Position numbers and translations under genes: made by a program | Source: Candidatus Sumerlaeota bacterium | GTDB taxonomy: Bacteria > Sumerlaeota > Sumerlaeia > Sumerlaeales > Sumerlaeaceae | Direction of reading: 5' to 3' | Assembly: GCA_026398535.1 (NCBI GenBank) | Contig: JAPLSQ010000058.1 | Location: forward strand, 34,339-98,338 | Length of the DNA: 64,000 bases | The notes under the pieces: generated by a model | Seen by the model: only the letters and a program-made list of their open reading frames with translations | Told to the model about the DNA's origin: nothing | Database searches by the model: none | In this document: positions 25,680 to 34,949 of the stretch, piece by piece | Layout of the letters: every line of letters begins with the position of its first letter | How positions within the stretch are numbered: the stretch's first letter is position 1

Positions 25680-28600
25680 ATGTTTCAGGATATGCGATTT
25701 CCGTGCTGGGTGTTTTTGACCATGGCCTGCGGCGCATTGCCGGCGTCCGCCGCAGACACACAGAAAACACCCGTTGCCGTTGACACGCCGGCTTCCGCGC
25801 CGCGCGCGTTCAGCCGCGGCGGGATTAATCTTGCGCGCGCGTCATGGTTCGTGTCGGCCGCGCTCGATCCCTCCGCCGACGCCGCGCGCATCCAGCGCGA
25901 GTCCACTCCGACAACTCCCACGGTGACCATCCAGACCGAGCCAAAGGCCGCGGCCACGCTCTTCGCCCTTATCGACCTGCCCGATCCGGCCGGCCGCGGC
26001 GGCATGGTCACCATTGGCGACATCAACGGCAACGACGAGACTTTCTTCAACGGCGCGAAAATCGGCGAAACACGCGGAACGGGCATCACAGACAACGGCA
26101 TCCCGCGCGTCTATTACATCGAACCGAAACTGCTCAAGTCCGGCCGCAATGTGTTGGCGCTGCGCCTGAGCGCCGTGTCGGGTGCGGGCGGATTTGGCAT
26201 TCGTCGTGAGCCGCTGACATTCGGCTTCGCCAGCGTCCCGCCGCGTTCGCCCGCTTACGCCGCGCCCAAGCCCGTCCGGGGCGTCACGGCCATCCCTGAA
26301 GCCGAAGCGCGCGCCGCCATTGCCGCGCTTGACGGCGCCCGCCTCGCGGAATCATCAGAACCGCTCATGCGAAAACGCCCCTCCTTCGGCCGTTTCGGCA
26401 TGTTTTTCCACGACGGTTTGCCAATGGTGACGGAAGTCAGTCCCGCGCGCATTGTTCAGCGCGCCGCGCCGCAGATCGATGTTTTGATCGACTCCGCGGC
26501 AAATCTCTCCATCGCGGCGGACGGGAGCGAACCGGGCATTGACGGCTGGCACAAACTCGCCCGCATGGAAGCGTTGTGCAGCGGGCAGCCCGTCATTTAT
26601 ACCATGTTGTCCCACCTGTTTTATCCGGGGGCCATCATCACCATCGAAGCTGGCAAGGCGCTGGCGTTGCGGGTCAAATTTCCGGGTGCGGCGGTCCGCG
26701 GCGGCGCCTTCCACCAGATGTCCGCCGAGGAAATCTCGCGTGCTCTCGGCTCGGCGCCCTTGGCGCCTTTCACCGCCTACGCGTTCTATGAAGCCCAAGC
26801 GCAGTCGGCGCCCGTCATCATTGCCGCCACAGGATGCGCCGCCAATGCCATTCAAGCCGAAAATTCGATCGACATCACTTTCTCGCGCAATCCCGAGGCC
26901 AAACCGCGCTCGAAAATCCACATTTTCTTCCCCGGGGGGCTGAACCGGTATGACTTTTCCGCCAAGCCAGCCTCTGTTTTCGGTCTGGCTGCCGTCATGG
27001 CGCCCGGCGCGGACCCGGCCGGCACGGTGCGCGCATGGTTGCGCATGGGGCTGAACGAGCCGTCCGCCACAGACGAGTATTTCCAAGTTAATCCAGGCGC
27101 GAACATCGTCCGCATCTTCCAGGTCATGCGTTACGCTCCGCCGCCGGGGATCCCGGTGGGCCCGCCGATGGTCATTCTGCCGCCGCAAATCGGTTTCGCG
27201 GCGTCCGCCTTCAGGTATCCCGCCGTCATGCCCGAAACAACAGTCACGGGCATGCTGTCGTTCTCCGGCCCGGTGCTGAGCGTGGCGCGGACCGCGGCGG
27301 CGGGCGCCACCACGGGCGGACTCATACTCGCCAGCTATGATCTGCCCCTCCCGCCGCAGGAGGAGCGCGGCCTGATCGCTGTCACGGCCAGCGAACCGTT
27401 GCGCGCCATGCTCAACAGCCACTTCGGCGAACTCGCCACGACAACGACCCTCAACGGCGTGAATGTCTTTTACAAGGGGCGCGCCCAGGGCTTCCAGGCA
27501 TTCAGCTATCTCAGCGAGGCCAACCGCAAACGCCTGCTCGACAATACGGCGGTCATCGTGCCCGGCGGACTGCGCGATTCACAATGGTATGAGGCCGCCG
27601 AGCCGTTCTCCGGTCTCAGTTTCTGGTGGACATATTTCATTGAAGGCCCGTATTTCGGGCGCTTTGACCAGGACTGGGGCAACGGGCTGAGCCTCTATGG
27701 TCTGCACACAAGCGTAAAGTACAGAGGCGACTGGGAACTTATCGCAAAGAACTGGGACGCCGTCGAGCGCATGTTTTCGTGGTTTGCCGTTACTGACGAC
27801 TGGGAATGGATGCGCGCGGCCAACGGCATCCATGGCCACGGCACTGGCGCCGGCGACTGCGCGTCGGCCGCATACGCGGGGGTCCTCAGCTACGCCAAAC
27901 TCGCCCGCGGCGCAGGGCGCACCGAGGATTATCACCACGGACTCTATGCCGCCGCGCGCGCCGCATTGTTTCTGCTCAACCGTTTCGCCTATAACGATTT
28001 TGCCCAACAAAACAGTTTCAAGGAGCCAAACTCGCTCGTCCTCGGATTCCACGAGGGATCCGGGTTCCTTGTCGGCGAACTCAACGCCTACCCGTGGAAC
28101 GTGACATCAAACATATCCGGCAACGGCCTCCAGCCGGAGAATTTCGATCTTTATCTTAAATATGCGCCCGACCTCCTGCGGGAATACGAAAAAACGTTCG
28201 AGCAGGCATACCCGGACTGGATGGACGGCTCGCACAAATACAACCGCCGCACGCTCTACCGCGGCAACTCCGGTTACATCACCCTGCCTCACATCTATCT
28301 GCGCGCGCGCATGGAAATGAACAGTTTTGAGGAGCTGGCCGGGCTGCTCAACCGCGCCCGGACAAATGATTATCTTTGGTGGCTGGCGCCGCCGGTCATC
28401 GCCGAGGCGCTCAACTCGCGCAACGATGTTTATGTGCGTGACTGGGGGCGCTGCGCTTTCAACGGCGGCGAAATTTCGCGCGACCGCAAACGCAACAGAA
28501 AAGTTGAACTGCAATTCGACAACAAATACCCGCCCGACGCTGTCGAGATCGCCGTGCCCAATCAGCCCGCGCTCATCCAGATCAATGGCGGCCCGGTTCC

Positions 28601-28685
28601 CCTCACCGATTCGCGCTACGACAACGGCGTGCAGTGGCTCAAGCTGCGCCGGCCTGGGGCAAACACAATCACCTTCCTGTATTGA
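25680..28685 (+). CDS. large secreted protein of unknown function (possible glycan-active enzyme)
   Basis: signal peptide MFQDMRFPCWVFLTMACGALPASAAD; jelly-roll-like segment GDINGNDETFFNGAKIGE...SGRNVLALRLS; no catalytic motif recognised. Confidence 0.65.
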   Translation: MFQDMRFPCWVFLTMACGALPASAADTQKTPVAVDTPASAPRAFSRGGINLARASWFVSAALDPSADAARIQRESTPTTPTVTIQTEPKAAATLFALIDLPDPAGRGGMVTIGDINGNDETFFNGAKIGETRGTGITDNGIPRVYYIEPKLLKSGRNVLALRLSAVSGAGGFGIRREPLTFGFASVPPRSPAYAAPKPVRGVTAIPEAEARAAIAALDGARLAESSEPLMRKRPSFGRFGMFFHDGLPMVTEVSPARIVQRAAPQIDVLIDSAANLSIAADGSEPGIDGWHKLARMEALCSGQPVIYTMLSHLFYPGAIITIEAGKALALRVKFPGAAVRGGAFHQMSAEEISRALGSAPLAPFTAYAFYEAQAQSAPVIIAATGCAANAIQAENSIDITFSRNPEAKPRSKIHIFFPGGLNRYDFSAKPASVFGLAAVMAPGADPAGTVRAWLRMGLNEPSATDEYFQVNPGANIVRIFQVMRYAPPPGIPVGPPMVILPPQIGFAASAFRYPAVMPETTVTGMLSFSGPVLSVARTAAAGATTGGLILASYDLPLPPQEERGLIAVTASEPLRAMLNSHFGELATTTTLNGVNVFYKGRAQGFQAFSYLSEANRKRLLDNTAVIVPGGLRDSQWYEAAEPFSGLSFWWTYFIEGPYFGRFDQDWGNGLSLYGLHTSVKYRGDWELIAKNWDAVERMFSWFAVTDDWEWMRAANGIHGHGTGAGDCASAAYAGVLSYAKLARGAGRTEDYHHGLYAAARAALFLLNRFAYNDFAQQNSFKEPNSLVLGFHEGSGFLVGELNAYPWNVTSNISGNGLQPENFDLYLKYAPDLLREYEKTFEQAYPDWMDGSHKYNRRTLYRGNSGYITLPHIYLRARMEMNSFEELAGLLNRARTNDYLWWLAPPVIAEALNSRNDVYVRDWGRCAFNGGEISRDRKRNRKVELQFDNKYPPDAVEIAVPNQPALIQINGGPVPLTDSRYDNGVQWLKLRRPGANTITFLY

Positions 28686-28740
28686 CTGCCAACAACTGAT
28701 ACCAAGTAATGCCAAACAACGATTCGGCCTGAACATCACC

Positions 28741-28824
28741 GAGAACACGGACAACCACGGACAACCAAGGACGAAGAACAATGATATTCACCACAGAGAA
28801 CACGGACGAAGAACGAGGCGGCGG
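28741..28824 (+). repeat. decamers + ATGATATTCACCACAGAGA module + GAGGCGGCGG tail
   Basis: GAGAACACGGACAACCACGGACAACCAAGGACGAAGAACA; ATGATATTCACCACAGAGA (28781-28799), identical to 43388-43406; ACACGGACGAAGAACGAGGCGGCGG. Confidence 0.9.
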
Positions 28825-28896
28825 CGTGGTCAAACACATCTTCTCCGGCAACGGCACGGGAATCGCGTTCCGGGTGATGCCGGCATTAGGTGAACA

Positions 28897-31338
28897 ATGA
28901 ACCGATACATCTGCATCCACGGACATTTCTACCAGCCGCCGCGTGAAAATCCGTGGCTCGAATCACTGGAAATGCAGGACTCCGCCTATCCCTACCACGA
29001 CTGGAACGAGCGGATCACGGCGGAGTGCTACGCGCCCAACGCCGCGTCGCGCGTCATCGGCGGTCAGGGATTCATCGAGCGCATCGTCAACAATTACTCG
29101 AAGATCAGCTTCAACTTTGGCCCCACGCTGCTGTCATGGATGGAGCACGCGCGCCCCGACATTCACGCGGCGATCGCGGAAGCCGACCGGGCCGGACACG
29201 CCAACTTTTCAGGGCACGGCCCCGCCATGGCGCAATGCTACAACCACATGATCATGCCGCTGGCCAATCATCGCGACCGTGAAACCCAGGTGATCTGGGG
29301 ACTGCGGGACTTCGAGCACCGTTTCGGGCGCAAACCCGGGGGAATGTGGCTGCCGGAAACAGCCGTGAATCCTGACTGCCTTGACGTGCTGGCCGCCCAT
29401 GGCATCCGCTTCACCATCCTGTCGCCGCTCCAAGCCGCGCGCGTGCGCCCCATCCGCTGCTCCCAGTGGACTGACGTGTCCGGCGGGCGCGTCGACCCAT
29501 CGATGGCCTATGAATGCCGCCTGCCGTCGGGGCGCTCCATCGCGCTGTTTTTCTACGATGGTCCCATTTCGCACGCCGTGGCGTTCGATGGGCTTCTTGA
29601 CGACGGCGCGCGTTTCGCCGCGCGCCTGGTGTCGGGATTTTCCGACAAGCGCACATGGCCGCAGCTCGTCCACATCGCCACCGACGGCGAGTCCTACGGC
29701 CACCACCACCAGTTCGGCGAAATGGCGCTCACCTTCGCGCTCGAACACATCGGCCTGGACGACGCGGCACGCCTGACCATCTACGGCGAGTTCCTGGAAA
29801 AACATCCCCCGACCCACATTGCCGAGATCCTGGAGAACACCGCCTGGAGCTGCGCCCACGGCCTCGAACGATGGCGCAGCGATTGCGGATGCAACTCCGG
29901 CGGACATCCCGGCTGGAACCAGCGATGGCGCGCGCCGCTGCGCGCCGCGTTCGACTGGATGCGCGACACGCTTTCCGTGCTCTATGAATACCGCGGACGC
30001 GAGCTGCTGACCGATCCGTGGGCCGCGCGCAACGACTACATCAGCGTCATCCTCAACCGCTCGAACGACAACACGGAGCGTTTCCTTGCCGCCCACGCCA
30101 GACGCGAACTTAAAGAAACCGAAAAAATCACCGCGCTCAAACTCCTCGAGATGCAGCGCAACGCCATGCTCATGTACACAAGCTGCGGGTGGTTTTTCGA
30201 CGAACTCTCCGGGCTCGAGACCGTGCAGATCATGCGCTACGCCGCGCGCGCCCTCCAGCTCGGCGAGGAGCTGTTTCAAATGCCGCTTGAAAACCAGTTT
30301 CTTGCCATGGCGCAGGCGGCGCGCAGCAACATCCCCGAATACTCCGATGGCGCCGCCATCTACACGAAAATGGTCAAGCCATCCGTTGTCACCCTCGCCG
30401 ACGCCACGGCGCATTACGCTCTCAGTTCGCTGTTTGAGAAATATCCCGAAACGGCGCGTCTGTACGCCTTCACGATCCGCCATGAAGAGGGGCACACGCA
30501 AACAAACGGCGCTGCGCGCCTGATGCTCGGCAGGGCGCGCGTCGCCTCGAGCGTCACCCGCGAATCATCCGACGCCTGCTACAGCGCGTTCTATCTTGAC
30601 GAACACGATCTCAAGGCGCGTGTGAAGCTTGCCATGAGCGCGGAGGACTACAAGGCTCTCGCGGCAAATGCGCGGGAGGCTTTCGCGAAATCGGATTTCG
30701 ACGCCACGACCGCCATTTTGCACGGCGCGCTGGGAGGAAAAGACTACACGCCAAAATCCATCCTCGGCGACGAGCAACAGAAAATCATCAATATCATTCT
30801 TAAAACCACCATTGAAGAAGCCGAGGCGGGCTTCCGCCGCGTCTACCGGTTTTATGAGCCCCTCATGGCATTCCTTAACGAAATGCGCATGCCCATGCCA
30901 AGCGTTTTCAACACAACCGCCGAATTCGTGATGAACACCACCCTGTTCAAGGCATTTTCCACGCCGGACATGGACATCGCCCATGCGCTTCACACCATGA
31001 GCAACGCGAGAAAATGGGGCATCAAGCTCGACGCCGCGGGCCTCAGCTACACGCTGACCGGCGCCATCGGAACCGCCGCGGAGCGCGCCTGCGCCTCACC
31101 GCGCGATGAGCGGCTCATGCGACAGTTTGACGCGCTGGCGGGACTGGCGCTCGAACCGCCGCTCAATGTCAATTTCTGGAAGGCGCAGAACGCATTCTAC
31201 GGCGTCCTGATGACTGAATATCCCTCCATCGGAAAGGACGCCGCCAGCGGGGACCAGGAAGCCGCGGCGCTCGCGGAGCTTTTGAAATCCCTCGGAAACA
31301 AACTCAAAGTGCGGGTGGAACCAGCCCCGGCGCGTTGA
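28897..31338 (+). CDS. glycoside hydrolase family 57 protein (with DUF3536-like C-terminal region)
   Basis: N-terminal ICIHGHFYQPPRENPW signature, WLPETA, ATDGESYGHH. Confidence 0.85.
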   Translation: MNRYICIHGHFYQPPRENPWLESLEMQDSAYPYHDWNERITAECYAPNAASRVIGGQGFIERIVNNYSKISFNFGPTLLSWMEHARPDIHAAIAEADRAGHANFSGHGPAMAQCYNHMIMPLANHRDRETQVIWGLRDFEHRFGRKPGGMWLPETAVNPDCLDVLAAHGIRFTILSPLQAARVRPIRCSQWTDVSGGRVDPSMAYECRLPSGRSIALFFYDGPISHAVAFDGLLDDGARFAARLVSGFSDKRTWPQLVHIATDGESYGHHHQFGEMALTFALEHIGLDDAARLTIYGEFLEKHPPTHIAEILENTAWSCAHGLERWRSDCGCNSGGHPGWNQRWRAPLRAAFDWMRDTLSVLYEYRGRELLTDPWAARNDYISVILNRSNDNTERFLAAHARRELKETEKITALKLLEMQRNAMLMYTSCGWFFDELSGLETVQIMRYAARALQLGEELFQMPLENQFLAMAQAARSNIPEYSDGAAIYTKMVKPSVVTLADATAHYALSSLFEKYPETARLYAFTIRHEEGHTQTNGAARLMLGRARVASSVTRESSDACYSAFYLDEHDLKARVKLAMSAEDYKALAANAREAFAKSDFDATTAILHGALGGKDYTPKSILGDEQQKIINIILKTTIEEAEAGFRRVYRFYEPLMAFLNEMRMPMPSVFNTTAEFVMNTTLFKAFSTPDMDIAHALHTMSNARKWGIKLDAAGLSYTLTGAIGTAAERACASPRDERLMRQFDALAGLALEPPLNVNFWKAQNAFYGVLMTEYPSIGKDAASGDQEAAALAELLKSLGNKLKVRVEPAPAR

Positions 31339-31436
31339 ACTCCGCCGAAACGGGCCGCGCCCGCCCCAAGGATCGCGTATCGATAACCCGTTTGCACAAT
31401 GTCCCATAATTAACCATACATGACGCCGCCAACCGC

Positions 31437-32672
31437 ATGAGCATCCTTCAGTCATATATGTTGACCGCCTGCATGCGGCCGTTTTTTCCCGCGCTTGCCG
31501 TTTCGACCTTTGTGTGCGTGGCGCGGCTGATGGTGCGGCTGTTCGACATCGTTTTGCGCAACGGGTTCTTTCTCGCCGGCCCCGCGCTCGAGATGTTTGC
31601 CGCGGCTCTGCCCGGCACGCTGTTCCTGACAATCCCGATGTCCCTGCTGGCGGCCATATTGCTGGGCGCGGGCAAACTGGCGGCCAACGGCGAAATTCTT
31701 GCCATCCGCGCCTGTGGCGTCAGCCTGTGGCGCGTCATCCGCCCGCTCATGCTCCTGTCCGCCGCCTTTTTTCTCCTGCTGGTCTGGGCGGCTCAAAGGC
31801 TGATCCCGGCGCTCAACCTGCGCAGCAGCGATCTTGCCACGCAAATCCAGTTTCGCGTGCTGTCAGCCCTCGCCCCCGAAACCGCCTACGAGCTCGTGGG
31901 AAACGGCAAAGACAACGACAGTTGGATCATTTTTGCGCATCGCGACGCCGAAACGGGCGACATGCGCGAAGTCGTGATCGCTTCGAACAGTGACGCAAAC
32001 ACCACGGCGGGCGTCGAAGATGACGCCCACAGGATGCCCGGAGACCCTGGCAGCAATGCCGGGACGCGCTCGATCATCTTTTCCTCCCGCGGACGCATCG
32101 AAGCCGAACTCTCCGAGCGCATGGTGTCGATTTTTTTAACATCAGGGACGATGCAGGTGGCCGGAAACTCGCAACAGCGGACTTTTGTCCGTTTCGATCA
32201 TTTGCGAAAAGGCGTCCAGCCGCTGTTCTCGCGCACCGCGGCGGGCGGATTCACGAGGGCGGCGCGAGAGATGACGATGCAGGAGCTTCGCGACCGCATC
32301 CTCAATCCGCCGCCCGGACGCGTGCCCATGAAGTGGATGACAGTGCGGCAGGCGCGCGAGGAATTCAACGAGACGCGCGGCCCCGACTACAGTTTTGCCA
32401 TCGAATATTATATGCGTTTCGCCCTGCCCATGGCATGCGTGGCGTTTGCGGTTCTTGCCGTCGGACTCGCCGACCGCATCCGGCCAAGGCGCACTTCGCT
32501 GGCATGGGGCATTTCCTTCATTGTGATTCTTTTATATTATGGCATGATGAACGCCGGCATGGCGTTTGGCAAGACAGGCAACCCTCTCACCCCTTACGCC
32601 ATTTTTCTGCCCAACATTGTCTTCCTCGGATTGGGCGCGGTATTGTTGCGCCGCGCGCTCCGCGGACGCTGA
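31437..32672 (+). CDS. LptF/LptG-family (YjgP/YjgQ) permease
   Basis: 3 N-terminal TM helices, about 190-aa soluble insert, 3 C-terminal TM helices; N-terminus MSILQSYML...RPFF typical of family. Confidence 0.6.
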   Translation: MSILQSYMLTACMRPFFPALAVSTFVCVARLMVRLFDIVLRNGFFLAGPALEMFAAALPGTLFLTIPMSLLAAILLGAGKLAANGEILAIRACGVSLWRVIRPLMLLSAAFFLLLVWAAQRLIPALNLRSSDLATQIQFRVLSALAPETAYELVGNGKDNDSWIIFAHRDAETGDMREVVIASNSDANTTAGVEDDAHRMPGDPGSNAGTRSIIFSSRGRIEAELSERMVSIFLTSGTMQVAGNSQQRTFVRFDHLRKGVQPLFSRTAAGGFTRAAREMTMQELRDRILNPPPGRVPMKWMTVRQAREEFNETRGPDYSFAIEYYMRFALPMACVAFAVLAVGLADRIRPRRTSLAWGISFIVILLYYGMMNAGMAFGKTGNPLTPYAIFLPNIVFLGLGAVLLRRALRGR

Positions 32673-32695
32673 CATCGATTCCGTGCCGCGCGGCC

Positions 32696-33208
32696 TCAGA
32701 ACTCGATCAGCGCATGAAAAGACCGTCCGGACAGTTTCTTGCGGCCCGGGAACACGGTCAGCTCGATGACCACGGCAACCTCGACAACCTCGCCGCCCAG
32801 TTTTTCCACAAGCTCGCACGCCGCCGCGAGAGTGCCGCCCGTTGCGATCACATCGTCGAGCACGAGTATCTGCTCGCCCGGATGAATGGAATCCTCATGG
32901 ATTTCGATGGTGGCCGTGCCATACTCAAGCTCGTAGGACATGCTGCGCGTCTTGTGCGGCAGCTTTCCTTTCTTGCGCACAGGGATCACGCCGCACCCCA
33001 GCACATACGCCAAAGCGCCGGCAAATATGAATCCGCGCGCCTCAACGCCCACGATCTTCGTGATGTGCATGCCCCGATAGCGCTCAGCCAGCTTGTCGAC
33101 TGTGTGGCGGAAAGCCGCGGGATTGTTCAGCAGTGTCGTGATGTCCTTGAAAAGCACGCCCTTTATCGGAAAATCCGGCACATCGCGGATGTGTTGTTTC
33201 AAATCCAT
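32696..33208 (-). CDS. apt: adenine phosphoribosyltransferase
   Basis: LKQHIRDVPDFPIKGVLFKDITTLL, ILVLDDVIATGGT (PRPP motif). Confidence 0.95.
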   Translation of the reverse strand: MDLKQHIRDVPDFPIKGVLFKDITTLLNNPAAFRHTVDKLAERYRGMHITKIVGVEARGFIFAGALAYVLGCGVIPVRKKGKLPHKTRSMSYELEYGTATIEIHEDSIHPGEQILVLDDVIATGGTLAAACELVEKLGGEVVEVAVVIELTVFPGRKKLSGRSFHALIEF

Positions 33209-33288
33209 GAAATATGCTCCGTTTTACTATCGATGTGTTTTAAATAACGGGCATTGCACAAGAAAAAGCCAGTTAAAACAGATTCATT

Positions 33289-33337
33289 GACATGGAGAAC
33301 ACGGACAAGCACGGACAAACACGGACAAACACGATGG
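33289..33337 (+). repeat. decamer block between two - strand genes
   Basis: GACATGGAGAACACGGACAAGCACGGACAAACACGGACAAACACGATGG; + orientation although both neighbours are on the - strand. Confidence 0.93.
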
Positions 33338-33339
33338 GG

Positions 33340-34308
33340 TTAATTACCCGCGGCGATGAGTTCCGAGACAGTGACGAAACGATATCCCTGGCCTCCGAGA
33401 ACGTCGATGATCCGGCCGGTGGCTTCGAGCGATGTCTGGAAGCGGTCGTGCATCAGGATGATTGAGCCGTCGCGCGCTTCCTTAAGAACGGTGTTGACGA
33501 TCTGATCCGTTGTGCGTCTGCGCCAATCGTTGGTGTCGACATCCCACAGGATGATCTTGAGGCCCATGGTCTCGCAGATGTCGCGCACGCGCGTGTTCCA
33601 TGATCCATAAGGCGGCCGGATGACCCTCGTCCGCTCGCTTGATATGGATGTGATCAGATCGTTGCAGCCGTCCATCTCGCGGCGGATGCCGTCTTCACCC
33701 AGCTTTGTAAACTGTTTGTGTGTGACGCCGTGATTGCCGAGTTCGAATCCGCTGCCGGCGCGTGCAAGCTCCCCGGCCGCGGAGGGATATGCGCGGATCG
33801 ATTCGCCCAGCAGGAAAAACGTGGCGTGCGCGTTTTTCTGGCGGAGCAGACGGACAAGTTTTGGTGTGATGGCGGAATTGGGGCCGTCGTCATAGGTCAG
33901 CGCGAGCAGTTTTTTCCCGGTGGGCCAGTTTGAGATCGGTCGCGGGCCGGTCGTCACGCCAGCGCCGGCTTTCATCCTGGATGATTTGACGGCGGTCTGG
34001 CTTTTGGCTGTCGTTTTGTTTTGGGTGGCGGATTTGCTGGCAACTGTTTTGGCGGGTCGGACGCCTGCAACTGCGGATGTGCTTTTGGCGGATTGATTCT
34101 CGTTTGATGACCGGGCCGCGGCGGGTTTCGCGCCCCCCCCCGCAGGCGCGCGCCTGAACCATTGGAAACGCGGCTTTGGCGTGGGCGTGGCGGCGGCGGG
34201 ATATTGCTGTGGCCACAAGCCCCCCCCCGGCGCGGCAACCGCGCAAAAGAGACAAATTAATATTTTATAATGGCGCATGAACTGCTTTATATGAGTACAA
34301 CGGCGCAT
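33340..34308 (-). CDS. polysaccharide deacetylase (NodB homology domain), secreted
   Basis: LALTYDDGPNS, LGNHGVTH, SIILMHD; signal-like MRHYKILICLFCAVAA (alternative start 34278); two C9 runs on + strand encode GGG. Confidence 0.85.
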   Translation of the reverse strand: MRRCTHIKQFMRHYKILICLFCAVAAPGGGLWPQQYPAAATPTPKPRFQWFRRAPAGGGAKPAAARSSNENQSAKSTSAVAGVRPAKTVASKSATQNKTTAKSQTAVKSSRMKAGAGVTTGPRPISNWPTGKKLLALTYDDGPNSAITPKLVRLLRQKNAHATFFLLGESIRAYPSAAGELARAGSGFELGNHGVTHKQFTKLGEDGIRREMDGCNDLITSISSERTRVIRPPYGSWNTRVRDICETMGLKIILWDVDTNDWRRRTTDQIVNTVLKEARDGSIILMHDRFQTSLEATGRIIDVLGGQGYRFVTVSELIAAGN

Positions 34309-34457
34309 ATTCTGCTAAAAGGGCATCCGCGGCCGCCCCCCCCGTCGACAGGCTGGAAGCCCGCGCCACAATCCGACGCTTGATGCATAATGTCATAGAC
34401 ACCCTGCTTGGAAGGTATTATATCGTGACAACCAACTTATCAATACAGGAGATCGCA

Positions 34458-34949
34458 ATGAACGCCAAACACTTTATTGTTTTATCAATCGCCGGCGCCG
34501 CGGTGTGGGCGTTGGCGTCGTCATGCGGCAGTGCGACGGGCGACGACACCAAATCCGAGACGAAGACGGTTGCCATGGTCAAAAAATCCGCCGTGCAGGA
34601 ACTCAACGAAGCCAGCAAAGGCCAGACCATCGTGACGCCCATGGGCAAGACGATCAAGGTTCGGCTGAAATCCAACCGCACGACAGGTTATGGCTGGAAG
34701 GTCAGCGCGTGCGATGACAAGGTGCTCAAAGCCGCGGGCGAACCGGCCTATGAGACGCCCGACACACAGATGATGGGCGCGGGCGGCCACGATGTGTTCA
34801 CCTTCGAGCCAGTCAAGCCCGGTCAAACCGTGCTGAAGCTTGATTATGTGCGTTCGTGGGAGAAGAACACTCCGCCTGAACAAACATGGAGCGTAACGAT
34901 CACGGTATTGCCAAAACCGCCTGCGAATCGTCATGGCCGAAGATCATGA
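34458..34949 (+). CDS. chagasin-family (I42) peptidase inhibitor lipoprotein
   Basis: AGGAG RBS 7 nt upstream; lipobox LASSCG; NRTTGYGW motif; GQTVLKLDYVRSWE. Confidence 0.8.
   Translation: MNAKHFIVLSIAGAAVWALASSCGSATGDDTKSETKTVAMVKKSAVQELNEASKGQTIVTPMGKTIKVRLKSNRTTGYGWKVSACDDKVLKAAGEPAYETPDTQMMGAGGHDVFTFEPVKPGQTVLKLDYVRSWEKNTPPEQTWSVTITVLPKPPANRHGRRS

Noticed and set aside
33291-33500. + strand ORF starting at the repeat-borne ATGGAGAAC (33291) and running antisense into the deacetylase gene. A similar ORF starts at 8236.
   Set aside because: No coding signal remains beyond the repeat, and the ORF overlaps a well-supported gene on the other strand. It exists only because the module contains an ATG.
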